Below, one piece after another: positions 1 to 12,937 of a stretch of 64,000 nucleotides of DNA. The position numbers and the translations under genes were made by a program. This stretch comes from Lobosporangium transversale (Eukaryota). The notes beneath the pieces are model-generated. The model was not told the DNA's origin, did not search any database, and was given only the letters and a program-made list of their open reading frames with translations. The stretch is taken from the NCBI RefSeq assembly GCF_002105155.1, contig NW_019028979.1:930001-994000 (forward strand). Direction: 5' to 3'. Each line of letters starts with the position of its first letter. The stretch's first letter is position 1.

Positions 1-598
1 GCAGGAAATATAACATTGTCAGACAATTTACTTGACTAACGTTACTTTTCATTCATCTCTGACAAAAAAATAAAAAATAAAAAATAGAAACCTTGATCGC
101 GCGTTATAATAAGAATAAAAGTATATTTCCGTTGTTTATGTCTTTCATCCTCGTTGCATGACTTTGAGGAAAGGATAAAGAAGTTCTTTTGGGTCAGATC
201 TATACTAAACTTGGCCTAGAAAAGAAAGGAAACAAAATAAAATAAAACTCCATCTTACAAGCTCCTTCTTGTTCTGAATTGGATCGGAGTAAAATTGTTT
301 TTTTTTCCTCTTTTCTTTTCTCCAATGCCATGGCTAGTATGCCTACAATACTTTTATATACTATGACTATGGTGTAGTATAATATATATGATAAATAGAG
401 CGAGCTGTTTGTTTTTATGATCATTGCTACGATTTGTCAATCGTCATGGTGATGATAAGTTTATTTTCTCCCTTTATCTTAGTAGGTTTTTATTTTCTTT
501 TCTTTTATTTATTTATTTTTCAAAGACATGGTTTGTCCCCCCTCTTCTCTCCCTGTCGTTCATTGTCCCCTTGACTTTCTTTTACCTAATAAAAAACG

Positions 599-632
<34 letters not shown>

Positions 633-3600
633 ATTTGATAAATGTCTCGAACTCTAGAATAAGGGGATAAGCCCTCTTTTCTCTCACTGGTACATCACAT
701 CGAACCATATACGGTATATGATACACACTAAAGAAAGAAAAAGAAAGAAAGAAAGAAAGAAGGAAGGAAAGAAAGCTTAATCGCATAAACGCAATAAGGC
801 ATTCTTTCTTTTTTTTTTTTCTTTTTCTTTCTCTCCGCCTATAACCGCGGTGCTGCTGCAAGGACAAATAGATCGAGAGACGTAAAGTGCCTTTCTATAG
901 AAAGAAAGAAAGAAAAAAAAGACTAAAGCAAAGCGTATGGAGGATCTACACATGTGGTTAGGCTGGTTTTTTTTTTTTTTTTTTTTTTTAAATAAACACA
1001 AGATACCCCAGTCCAGTGAGGTTAGTTTCATTGAATTGGTGAGAATCTTTTGGAGTACTGGACCATAAAAATCCCCACGCTTTTATTTTAGGCTTTTTAG
1101 GGGACCGGACTACTTTGTTCACATATCCGTGATTGCCTACGAGTAGAAAACGTTCTTTGTTCTTTGTTTTTTTATTTTTTATTTTTTGTTTTTTATTCTT
1201 TATTTTTTATTTTTTATTTTGGGCTGATTTCTGGTGGTGTTTCAGGCGTGTTCAAGAAAGCCCTTGTTATTCACCCTATCCCTCGACACTTTAGTTTGTA
1301 TATTTAGATATGGTCAAAGTGCTATATTTATTCGTTCATTGATCCACTCTCCTGGACAGAAGCCCGTTCACGCACTCCATCCTCCTTTCTCCACGCATAC
1401 AACTGTCGAAACTAACGTTTTTTTTATTTTTATTTTTATTTTTATTTTTTTCTTTTGCTTTGCTTGTCGATCATTCTTGGACAATGTGTCCTTTAAGATA
1501 AAGTATACCCTGAGTGGGCATGGGCCTTCTTCTTTTCCTCTTCGCCTTGTGTTCAGAATGTTATACGCGTAAAATAAAATGATGCAAAGAAAGAAAAACT
1601 AGATACAAATGCATGAAATAGAAAAAAAAGTAAGTTTTCGTAAGGAAAGAAAGGTGGACCGACAAAACCTTTTTTTGTTGCGCGTGCAAATGAGAGTCAA
1701 TGCGTAGATATTACCATTTGTTTTTTTTTCCTTGATCTTTGCACGGGGAAGGAGAGGAGGAAGATACTTCCATTATTTACTATAGAATCGTAGCCAATAG
1801 GTACGAGCGCGATTTATTTAGACAATCTCATGTTGTGGAAAAAAGAAAAGAAAAAAAAAAAAAAACCACTTCCATCGTTCTCTCTCTCTCTCTCTCTCTT
1901 TTTCCTCTCTCTTCTCCGTCTATCTATCTATCTATCTATCTATCTAATATTTTTCTTTTTTTGTTCACCTCCTTTCTTTTTCCTCCCTGAAATTGAGGCT
2001 AACCTTTGTTTTCAAATATTTCGAATATTTCACATATTATCCAAATCAATTTTAGTCCTGCTTTTTATATTTTGTGTTTTATTGCTTGGTTGCTTACTTG
2101 CTTACTTGCTTATTTGCTTATTTACTTGTTTGCTGTGCCACCGTGTCTTTTATTCTCTTTTTCTTTTTCTTTTTCTTTTTCTTTGTTTGTAACAGGTGCA
2201 ATACAATCACACAATTTACGATGTACTCGGGTGGACGTGATCAATTTTCTTCATTGCTCTATACAATGAAATATTACGAAATATATATAAAATGTAAAAA
2301 TACACATGTACTGAGAGAGAGAGAGTATTTGAACAAAAAAAATAATAGTCCAAGAAGAGCCAGCGATGACCCTTTTCCTTTTTTTTTTTTTTTTTTTCTT
2401 TGAGGGACTCCAGTCGACTGGAATTCAAACTTTTTTGGGATAGTGTGCTGCAACAGCAACAGCGTAGGGTTATAAGAATGTGTGTCGTAAAAAGACAAAA
2501 AAAAAAGCATAAAATGTAGAAAAGTTTAAAAGAGCTCTTCTCCCCCTGAATTGCAAATTAAAGTTTTTTTTATTGAAGAATAAAATTATAAAGAGCACTT
2601 TTTGATTTGAGATTTCAATGGGGTTGAAAATAGTTGCAGAACATTTGATTGCAATCCTCCCTTCAGTCCTACCGATATTATACATTTATACCATGCACCA
2701 TGTAATGTACAGATGTATCATGGCTCCGCTTATCCTGTGTTATACATGTATATGTATATCATCATTACATGTTTTTTTTTTTTTTTTTTTTTTTTTTCTT
2801 TGAGTTGAGCTTCAATCCCTGTTCATGTCCATCATTTATCGCTATCAACCAAAAGATATCACTCACATTTATGACATTCTACAAACAAATACAGGTGTAT
2901 ATTGAAAATATATCCATTCATCCATCATCATCATCAACTTCGTATCAATGATATAGTAGTATATATATATATATCCATATAGAGCAAAATACCCATCTGG
3001 AGTCACACAAATGATTCTTTGTTCTTTATGAAACATCTTCCTCGGTCGCCGATTTGGACATTCATGGATTTTGCAATATTTATATATATATATAATACAT
3101 CATATATGCATTATATATATTATACATCCATTCAGGAGAACACAGGATGACGAAAAAGGCAGCTCAGGTAGATATACTGAAGAATGCATGTAGTCATGTG
3201 GTAGTAGAATGGTATAGAAAGGAATGGTGGAGTATTTCACTTTTTTCCCTTGAGAGAATGATGGTATGTGTTTTGGTTCTAGCTTCGAGCATGAGCAAGA
3301 AATTTGATCGAATGAACGGACAAACAAACGACCAAGCAAACGAACGAACGTTCTCCTTCCTCCCTTTTTTTTTCTTTTTTCCTCCTTCTCTTTTGGTAAA
3401 CCCCCTTCATTTCACTCCTCTATCTCCATATCTCTCCTGTGTCTCTCTGAGGGGTGGGGAATGGGTTTTTGTTTGTCTACGGCTTGGGTATGATCTATTT
3501 GATTTTTTTCTTGCCTATGCTTTCCGTACTTTTGTGTAGTTTATTGCTGTGTATGGTGTTGTAGTTGCAAGTCATCCCTGACTTTTTTTTTTTTTTTTTT

Positions 3601-5186
3601 TTCTTCCTTTCTTGTAACGCCTTCCATAATGAATGGCGATGAGTATATTTTCCTCCTTTGTTCATTTTCGGACTCCCTTTCTACTACACGAAAAAAATAG
3701 TAAAATGTCATCTTCTTCTTCTCCTCGAGGCGCATCGCGAAATTATAATAAAGTATCCTCTAGTCGATTGGTCCTGATGGATGATCGTCCTAGGTTATCG
3801 TCCTTTTTTTTTTTTTTTTTTTTTTTTTTCCTTTCCTTTCCTTTCTTTTTTAGTACTTGATTTTCTCTGTTCATCTCTTCTCTGCCCTTACTGGTCTTTT
3901 TTCAACGATCCACTGAAATGCAAAAATAAAATCAAAATAAAACCATACTGTCATATCATAGATATACGACGTGTAAGAGAGTATGCGAGAAAGGGGTAGA
4001 GAGAAGGACATTTTTTTTTTTTTTCTCATCTGATGATATTTCCGTTGCAGCATATCTTCTGTCTCCTTGCAAGCCATCTTTCCTCCTCCCCCCCCCCCCC
4101 CTCCCCTTCTGTTGACTCGATGTTGTTTGATATGTCTACCACAATCAGCTTTTTTTTTCTTTTTTTTTTTTTTTTTTTTTTCTCTTTTTTACCTTCTTTT
4201 GGATTCCCGTTGTTGATGTAGCTAAGGGGTAGGATAGGTTGACAGACTCGATGGTGTTACTTGGATATTTCTTGTGATAAAGCTCTGCATTCAAAAGATG
4301 GTGACTATGGAATAGGAAGCCGTTGATTAGAGTATAGGACTATAGGAGATAGATATAGGACTATAGGACATGTTGTTTTCCGTTGACTGGCACGGTCCCT
4401 GAGATTGTGAGAGAGTTCTTTTGGAAGGAAAGAAAGTATATACAAAGTGTCCAGGCATTTGATAGGACTGTATATATTTCCAATTCAATGGGATCTGTGA
4501 TTACGGGAATAGACTATAGGAATGAATGTACATGTATAAGAATATAGAGTAAAGATGAGGATGCGATGAGAGGAAAAAAAAGGGTGAGCGTTTTACATCT
4601 GTAGCGTAATATAACTATCATATACATTCAACATATATATTTATATACACATATATACATATACGTATAACCAGCCAGACATTGAGAACGAGAAAGAGAG
4701 AAAGAGAAAGAGAGTAGAGGAAAAGGAGGGATGCAATGCAATTGATTTCTGTTGTATTGTATTGTATATATATATATTGTATATATTGTATATATATTTG
4801 TAAATTAGTTTGCCAAGATTGGCTCTTATTGTAATTTCAATTCAATCGCAACGTCTACTTTGGTCCCTGCGTTCCGCCTCTCTTACTCTTTTTACTCTTT
4901 TTACTCTCTTTACGCTCTTTTTACTCTCTTTTTACTCTCTTTTGAACATGTGTAATACATCTGTACACATGTATAGTATATATGATATATAAAAAAGATA
5001 TATATTATATAGAATATTTACTTCTTTTTATTATCCGTATTCAATCCCTTTCAATCCCTTTCTATGCTCCTCTTGTCCCCCTCGCGTCTGATATAAAAAC
5101 CATTGGCCCTGCCCTGTGCCTTGGACCTTTTTTTGATTTTTGATTTTTTCTTTTCCTTGACATTGTCGCTTCCATAGCACATCTCT

Positions 5187-5257
<71 letters not shown>

Positions 5258-5538
5258 TTCTTTATCCTTTTCTCCTTCCTCACTCTCACTCTCTCTTTCT
5301 CTCTTTCACTCCTTCTTTCGCTCTCATACTTCACGTACACACCCATTCCTTATACACACTCTCTCTTTCTTTTCTTTCCTCTGGACATTTTTCAGACACG
5401 CGCACACTTCTCTTCTACCCTGCTACTCTTCTTCCCTTTCCTTTTCAAGCAAATAAAAGACTGTAACAAACCCTGTCTTCTTCCTTCCTTCCTTCACACA
5501 CACACACACACATATATATTTATACAATTCTTTCCACA

Positions 5539-5678
5539 ATGCCTTCTCTTGCAGAATCAAAGACATTCTCAAATCGGGCACTAGAACGGCTCTTTCGTAG
5601 TCCAGTCACCCAACAAATGATCGGTACGTACCTGCGCCGTCCTCTCGCAACTCAATTGCGTTTGCGTGCACACAAAAT

Positions 5679-5712
<34 letters not shown>

Positions 5713-6228
5713 AACACGTTTTATTGCTCCCCGTTCTTGACTAGTCCCTCTTTACTCTATCACGCTCATATTTATTTTATATATTTTGTGTGATGGATCG
5801 AAGATACAGAGCGGCTATGACAAAATGACATTGGAATGATCACCGTTGTTTGATTAATATCCTGACCCATCGACCTTGTTTTTATTTATTTTATATATAT
5901 TTTTTTTGCGCGGCGCCGCTTTGCCCTTGGCTTTGCTTGGCTTTAATTAGATCACATTGCCAACTTCGCAAGCACAGTTATTGAATGCAGCCCACCACCT
6001 CCATCTCCCTCTACCGATGTCTACACCAGTTCTCTCTCACCACCAGTCACTCCACGCCGTAACAGCAGTCCCAACAATAGCGATTCGACCGCAGTAGTCG
6101 TACCGCCATTGAATGAATTCATCCGTATTTTGGTCATCAACTCGAACGTGCAGGCATCAACATTGTTGCCAACTTTGGTATATCTCGAGCGTCTCAAGTA
6201 CAAGCTCCCTGTAGCAGCAAAGGGTAAG

Positions 6229-6260
<32 letters not shown>

Positions 6261-6308
6261 CCTCCCTTGCCTTTTCCCTTCCCACTATTCTCTCTTTTGT
6301 CTTTGTCG

Positions 6309-6340
<32 letters not shown>

Positions 6341-8660
6341 CCTTTCTGTTACACCACCACTTCCCTTCCCATTTTTTTTTTTTTTGCCGTCTGAGTGCGT
6401 GTACAAAAGGAAAATAGCAAGAGATGTGTGCCCATATCACAGGACAAATATGGATAGATGAGCCTTCTACGCTTTTTTTTTTTTTTTTTTTTTTTTTTTC
6501 TTGCATTGACCTCATGCGCGTCGTCGTCGTCTTTCCCCCTTTGTTGTTATCCCTTCTCATTTTTCCTGTGCTCGAGCGTAGTTTTTTGTACAAAGTTTGC
6601 AATGTTGTTCCTCTTTTACCATCTCTACACATTATCCATCCCTTACCCCTTGTTTCCTTCCCCCCCCCCTACCCTTCTTCTCTTGTATCATTGCACAGCC
6701 TGGGACATTGAAAATACAAGAGAGAAAGAGGAAGAGAGAAAAGTGGGACAGCGGGAATTAGTTGACATTGACTTGAATCAGTGATTTTTTATTTATTATT
6801 ATGGACTGTGCTCATACCACATTTTAGTTGTAAAAAAAAACCCCCCTATTGATTGCCACCATCAGCCTTCCATGTTACTCTTTTTAGTTCCCCCCCCCCC
6901 CCATCCTCCCCATTCCAAAGCTTTATTGGTTGTCTGTGTAAAATGCCAATGTCATCACATCATTTCACCTTCTATTCCTGCAGCCATCTTCCTCTTCCTC
7001 CTCCCCCTCTCCTTTTTTATTTTTTATTTTTTTATTATATTTTTTATATATACAAATGCTAGTGGTCTCTACCACATGCGGGCTACTTTGTTTTCATGCG
7101 TGTCTCTTGAGCCAGTTACCACAATTTCCCGGAAATAAGAGTCATTCGTAATTCAGATGTGCCGCATCTTTATTCTTATTTTTATTTATAAACACTTTCA
7201 ATGTTCGCATAAACATCGAGTTTGCGCGCGACATCTTCCTTACCATGCACGTGTGTGTGTATGTGTAGCATGTTACATGTAGTATATATGTGGCATGTAA
7301 ACATTTTTATGCTCATAATAATGAAAAGAAAAAGAATGGTGGAGGGTTTATTGTGCAATTCTAGTTCAAACTCATGTGTACTAATTCGGTTGATTAATTT
7401 TATTATATTGTACCATATTATCATATCCTAGGTATGCATTGCACTTGTCATCGTGTCTTCTTGGCAAGCTTGATCGTGGCAGCCAAGTACCTGAACGACC
7501 AATCACCAAAGAACAAGCATTGGTCGACACATTCTGCTGTCTTTTCCGTTGGAGAGGTCAATCTGATGGAGAAGCAATTGCTTTCTCTTCTTGTAAGTAT
7601 TTCCACATTGATATGAATCGTATTTTATACTTTTTGTTGGGTTAATGAAAAAGAAAAATACCCTTTTTTGTTCTTCCCGAAGAAAAATTCCAATGCAATG
7701 CCAATGCCACGAGGGAATTTTTTTTTTTTTTTTTTTTTTTTTTATACTTTGTTCTTGGACTGACCAATCTGTATGATGATGTTTGTTTACGCCTTTTTTT
7801 TTTTTTAGGATTTTGACCTTCGTATCACGGAGGCTGACTTGGCATCTAGCCTGCATGATTTTTTACAGCAACAACAAAAGTCAAACATCTCCGCGGTGTT
7901 TGGCCCATCGTCAGATCTATCCAATCAGAAGAATGGTCGCTATGCCTTACCAACGGCCATCTCCACCAGTACCGCTCAGAAGGTCCCCTCCTCGTCCCTC
8001 ATCACTCCCTCAACTCCTTCTCCCCGAAATAGCTTTGTGCCACACTCATTGCCCCAACAATGCTCCAACAAGCGTGGATCTGTCGGTGCATCCAAATCAA
8101 CTCCAGTTAACATTCAGCAGAGCCGATCACAATTGCACATGTTGCAGCAGCAACCGCATGATGCCTTCCGGAGACGACCTTCTCTGCCGAACCAGCCAAG
8201 TCTTGAAGATGATGAGGTCCTTCCTGTATACAAGCGCCCTCTTCGAAGCCATCAAAGCCACCAAAGCCATTACCCTTCTCCCGATAGCGGTTCGGAAGTG
8301 CTCCTCCATACAAGTTCCGCCTCTGGTACGACTCAGTCGATCCGGGATGAGGACATGACCACCTCTTCATTCTCCTCACCCGAGTCCACACATGGCAGTG
8401 TAGCACCACCACCAGCAAAGAGGGCCTCCTGGGGTTCAGGCGCACCCTATGGCCGCCACTCGATGCCTCCTCCAACAGTATCGCTCGCCTTTGCAAGCCA
8501 AGAGCACGTCCACCCCCACCATTCCTTCAACCTGGCTCATCATCATGCTCACCCCCATGCTCAACCATACCATGCTCATCACGCTCATCATCCTCACCAT
8601 CATAAAGTGGTCGGCCACAACGGAGGCTGGACTGGTCCTTCTAGCCGAGCCATGTGCTAA
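5539..8660 (+). CDS. Pho85-type (PCL family) cyclin, 4 exons: 5539-5623, 5951-6223, 7432-7592, 7809-8660
   Basis: GT-AG joins give a continuous frame with cyclin-N motifs (PPLNEFIRILVINSNVQASTLLPTLVYLERLK; GMHCTCHRVFLASLIVAAKYLNDQSPKNKHW; EVNLMEKQLLSLLDFDLRI), typical of PCL1/2-like cyclins. The tail is low-complexity and Ser/Gln/His-rich. Confidence 0.9.
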
Positions 8661-8671
8661 AATAACAACAA

Positions 8672-8706
<35 letters not shown>

Positions 8707-8860
8707 GGCTTTATTATGAACAAGAAACAACACAATACCATAACTTTTACTCTTCTATACTTGTATTTTTAATGTAGTCTCTCTCTTTTTTTTTTTCTTT
8801 TTTCTTTATTGCTCTTTCCGCCTACGTTCTTTTGTACTATATTACAACAAACCCCTCCAT

Positions 8861-8891
<31 letters not shown>

Positions 8892-9129
8892 CTTCTTCTT
8901 CTTAAACTGTGATGCCTCAAATAATATATTAAATATTTTAATGTCCTCTAATGTTCAATATATTTTTATATACATGTATATATAATGTAAATATAATATT
9001 TCGATAATGATTGATAATGCCTTATATAAATCTTTATTCATCCAATCAACTCAGCATTCAACAATGGCAAATGTCATTAAAAAAAAAATAAAAAATAAAA
9101 AATAAAAAAAAAAGTTTAAAAAGTCAATG

Positions 9130-9611
9130 ATAAATCAGGATGGGGTATTATTCCCCCTTGATATTGTTATTCGATTCGATAGCGACCATCATCAATACCC
9201 GCAGAATCATAGGCAACTTTTATTTCCTTCCCCTTGCCTGGTTCAAACCTCTCAGACCTTTATTCTTCTTCTTGACCTCTGGTCCGAGCGTCTGATTCTT
9301 TTACGCTCAAAGGTTACAAGGAACAATAACCGAGTCAAATTTGTCTTGTTGTTTAATCACAATGCGTTGCCCCCCCCTCCATACTTTCTACCCTAAGAGA
9401 GAGATGGTCATTAATAGACTTTATTACTGCTGTCATAGGTACTCTCCTAGCTATTTTTTTTTTTTTTTTTTAAACTAAAAATGAACCTCATGAGTATGCT
9501 CTGATAAATACCTTGGGGCTGCAAAAGTACAGTTTAAAAGATCTTTTCCGATTGAAGACGGTGGGATGGTTTCTGGGATATTCAAGAGATCCAATTTTTA
9601 ATATTGTTCAT
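9130..9611 (-). pseudogene. Degenerate, internally deleted F-box/LRR remnant
   Basis: ATG at 9611 begins MNNIK, then a frameshifted LDLLNIPETI..KDLLNC, matching the N-termini of the array. About 9270-9370 gives QRIVIKQ..KLTRL, like the C-terminal QRIAFRQLGKLTRL of paralogs. Boundaries are approximate. Confidence 0.6.
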
Positions 9612-9666
9612 GTTGTGAAAGAGACGATGATGGAGTGTGATAACAGATCTGTTGTCATTTCGTCAA

Positions 9667-11235
9667 CTATATAATACAAACTTGTCTTCTTATGATTCGC
9701 CTTTCCCTATAATGTTGAATACCGTGTAGACGGAATATGCTGGCGATTAATTCGACAATATCCGGATCGTTATTCAGCACACCATCAAGATGTTTGATTC
9801 TAGTCCAGTTCTTTACAATCCACCTCGCTTCTTCAGGCCCTATTGCTTGGCATATATCATATGAGAAACTCAATGTTGTCAGGCTCTTCAGATTGGCCAG
9901 CTCATTGAGCCCAGCCCTTAGCCTTAGATCCAACGTTCGTGTGCTGTAGTGATCTGCCAAAGCAAGCTCTTGCAGTCCAGTCAGCTCCCCTAGTCGTTTA
10001 AACACTAGCCGTTGGTTCATCATCCCTTCCTCAGATTCTGGATCAAGATCCATATTGAAATAGAGCCTTAGATTCTCAATTCTCGAACACACCCACTGTG
10101 CCCCGTGTACGATCTCCGTCACTGTGATTTTGGACGCTTGTAGAGACCGCAGACGTGGGCAATTAGACAAGATTGCTTGAGCAATACCGTCTGTTTCGTC
10201 GTAGAACGGCGCAGCACCCAGTACCTCAATCGTATTACAAAGTCTGTCTGTCCCCGTCATCCTATCTCCATCTTTACAATCACCCGGTTGCCTTCCTCTA
10301 TTCCTATCCACCAATAGTTCTTGAAGAGCAAGCGGCCCAAAATAGGAGTGCGAGACCTCAAGGGTCCTGACTCGAGACATCTCTCTGAGGACAGTCGCCA
10401 GTTCTTTATCGCTTATTGAGACATTTAGAGTTAAATCCCTCAGATGTGGAAAGATCCACGGACATTGCAATAGCGCTACTCTGTATATAGTATGATGCAC
10501 ATGATATAGGAAATACAGTTTCTCCAAGCTTGGACACTTCCGGACTAGCATCCCCCAGGAATGCAATATTGAGCTTGGTAAAGAATGACTATCAACACGA
10601 TCATAAAGAGTCAAGTAGCGAAGCTGCGGCAGAGCAAAGTCGCTGGCTTCAGCCTGTATATAATCCGGGAACTGAGAGATAGACCCAGTATCCAAGGCCA
10701 GTACCCGAAGCTTTGTGCAGAGTTGGAAGAATAGATCAGTCTCATCGGGCCTGAATCTCATGCGACCGATTACTATGGAACTAATATTAGGACACTCTAA
10801 AAGCGTTCTCCAAAGCTCTTGACCTGAAAGCAGCTCCTCAACCTCATCTCGTACCTCAATTCTAACGTCCCGAATTGTCGAACTGTGGGCCTTGATCAAG
10901 CCACTCATCTCTGTCAGGAACGAGGAGATGCGCATGGCTGGCAATTCTGCACTGTTTATAGTGTGAAGGAGTTCACATCCCTGCAATGACATATATTCGC
11001 GGGGAGGGTATCCTTCAAATATGAGTCTTTTAATATACTTTTTGTGGTCCTGTAGCACCTTGCCTGTTGGTAAGCCGGCTAGTCCTTCCCAAACATCGAT
11101 GGTTTCCCACACGCGCTTTACCAAGACATGATGGAAAGTCTTGGAGACCCGAAGGCAGGTCACAAGGTCTCTACCGTGAAGGAACTGCCCCAAGATTTCG
11201 ATTATTTCAGGCGTGTCCATTGGATGGTGCTGCAT
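9667..11235 (-). CDS. F-box/LRR (RNI-like) protein, intronless, 522 aa (divergent array member)
   Basis: N-terminal F-box-like segment (PEIIEILGQFLHGRDLVTCLRVSKTFHHVLVKRVW), repeated LxxLxL units, and family motifs AILSNCPRL, TLDLRLRAGLNELANLK and EARWIVKNW. Confidence 0.85.
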   Translation of the reverse strand: MQHHPMDTPEIIEILGQFLHGRDLVTCLRVSKTFHHVLVKRVWETIDVWEGLAGLPTGKVLQDHKKYIKRLIFEGYPPREYMSLQGCELLHTINSAELPAMRISSFLTEMSGLIKAHSSTIRDVRIEVRDEVEELLSGQELWRTLLECPNISSIVIGRMRFRPDETDLFFQLCTKLRVLALDTGSISQFPDYIQAEASDFALPQLRYLTLYDRVDSHSLPSSILHSWGMLVRKCPSLEKLYFLYHVHHTIYRVALLQCPWIFPHLRDLTLNVSISDKELATVLREMSRVRTLEVSHSYFGPLALQELLVDRNRGRQPGDCKDGDRMTGTDRLCNTIEVLGAAPFYDETDGIAQAILSNCPRLRSLQASKITVTEIVHGAQWVCSRIENLRLYFNMDLDPESEEGMMNQRLVFKRLGELTGLQELALADHYSTRTLDLRLRAGLNELANLKSLTTLSFSYDICQAIGPEEARWIVKNWTRIKHLDGVLNNDPDIVELIASIFRLHGIQHYRERRIIRRQVCII

Positions 11236-11329
11236 GTCGCGATGGAATTATGATGAATCAAATTGTATGATTCGAAAGCATGTTTGTGTAGGAAGATGTC
11301 ACAAAGGTGACAATGGTTTTTTCAACAAC

Positions 11330-11360
<31 letters not shown>

Positions 11361-11531
11361 CTTTCAAGGGTTTAGGGAACGCATAAAAAATACTGCTTAT
11401 AACTAACGCCGCGTATGGTGCTGATGACCCCCAGCTCTCTGATTGCATCAATTTCTCAGGAACTTGGTATCGCCAATGTGTCCAGTAAGATCAATGGCTG
11501 AATTTTTTTGACTGAACTTGAGAACTTTTGT

Positions 11532-11569
<38 letters not shown>

Positions 11570-12289
11570 TTTGACCCAAGAGACAACTATTTTTTGGCAT
11601 TAGATGTGAGCAGAAAGAAATGCTTCTTAATAAAAAAGTCAAATGGGCAAAATTGGTGGCGTAACCTTATTTATTCTCTCTGGCTTTTACCCTTTTTTAA
11701 TTAAGCTTCGACCCGGACAAGGATAAAATCCGCAAAAAAAAGAAACTCAAGAATGTACAGCTGGAGGATAGCCATGTGGTTAAGAGATGCGGTTTAGATG
11801 TGTATAGAGGAAGGGAAAAGCGGAGGAGAAAAAGAGAAATCTAGGCAAATTAGTAATTGCTAATCTGCGGGAAACTCCCCTCCTCCCCCCCACCATTGCA
11901 TAACCCATTTATTTTGCAAGCTGTGAAGGAAAGATATTAAGTGGTGGTAAAACTGAGGAGATCTTTTCAAACTTCATAAACTCGATCGAGGTCAGTCCCG
12001 TAAAAAAAAAAAAAAAAAAAACAACTTTGGTTTATCTTCAAAAAACGGAGAAATCCACTTCTATCCTCGGCTTATTCCTGTGAATCCATTATGGTTGCTC
12101 TTCTATATATACCATATTGTGATCTGAACTATGCGTATTCTTGTTTCTTTGGTTGACACGGAGGGGCCTTACGCCTAACGGCAATAACCCAAGAATATAT
12201 CGCGCGGTGGTGCCAAACACCGAAGAGTAATAACTAAGGCTCCATCATCCCCATCCAGATCCAGATTACCCTTGGGCGGCTTCCAGGTC

Positions 12290-12625
12290 GCACAAACTAA
12301 CTAGGCAATTGATGTTTGACCAATTCCTCATAATCCATGCCGCATCCTCAAGTAGTATTTATTGAGACTTATCCCCTCTGAAACAAAACCTACGCTGCCT
12401 CTTCAGGTCGTCAAGTCTATCCAGGCCTGCTCTTAGCCTGAAGTCCAGCGCCCGTTCTCCCATTGGTCGTTGAGTTCCAGAGTGTTAGGTTAAGATATTG
12501 TAGTCGAGATCATTTCCCTAGCTGTCTAAGCACAATGCGTGATTTGGTCAAGCCTTTTGCAGTCTCTTGATCAACGCTCGCCTCAAGGTAGTCAGCCCAG
12601 TGTTCACTCATTCTGTTCCATTGGT
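12290..12625 (-). pseudogene. C-terminal F-box/LRR fragment
   Basis: The reverse strand encodes ERALDFRLRAGLDRLDDLK and LEDAAWIMRNWSNINCL, homologous to paralog C-termini. There is no 5' part, and the fragment abuts the start of the 12659 duplication. Confidence 0.7.
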
Positions 12626-12937
12626 AATCCCTGTCACACTCTTAGATACATCATATATGTGTGCAACAGTAACGCGTTACTCTATGTCTAATATGTAAAA
12701 GCATTATAGACTTGGACAAGTACAAGGTACAGGTAAACTTAACGAAGATGATCCCTACACTTAAGACTCTCGACTGAGATATTGTGCAGAAATATCTTCA
12801 CGAGACGCGAAAGCAGATCAAGCTATTCTTTTAGTTGAGAACCTGTATGCATTCTACAGTGTATATGACTATTGCCTCTACTACATGTCCAAGGTCCCTT
12901 CCTTCCATACCAGGCTATGAATAGGCAATGCACTCCT

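Noticed and set aside
200..5346. Many 60-130 aa ORFs rich in poly-Phe or poly-Lys
   Set aside because: They are translations of poly(T)/poly(A) and microsatellites, with no domain or splice support.
7783..8358. 191-aa ORF overlapping cyclin exon 4
   Set aside because: It is an alternative frame. The splice join at 7809 selects the DFDLRI frame that ends at 8660.
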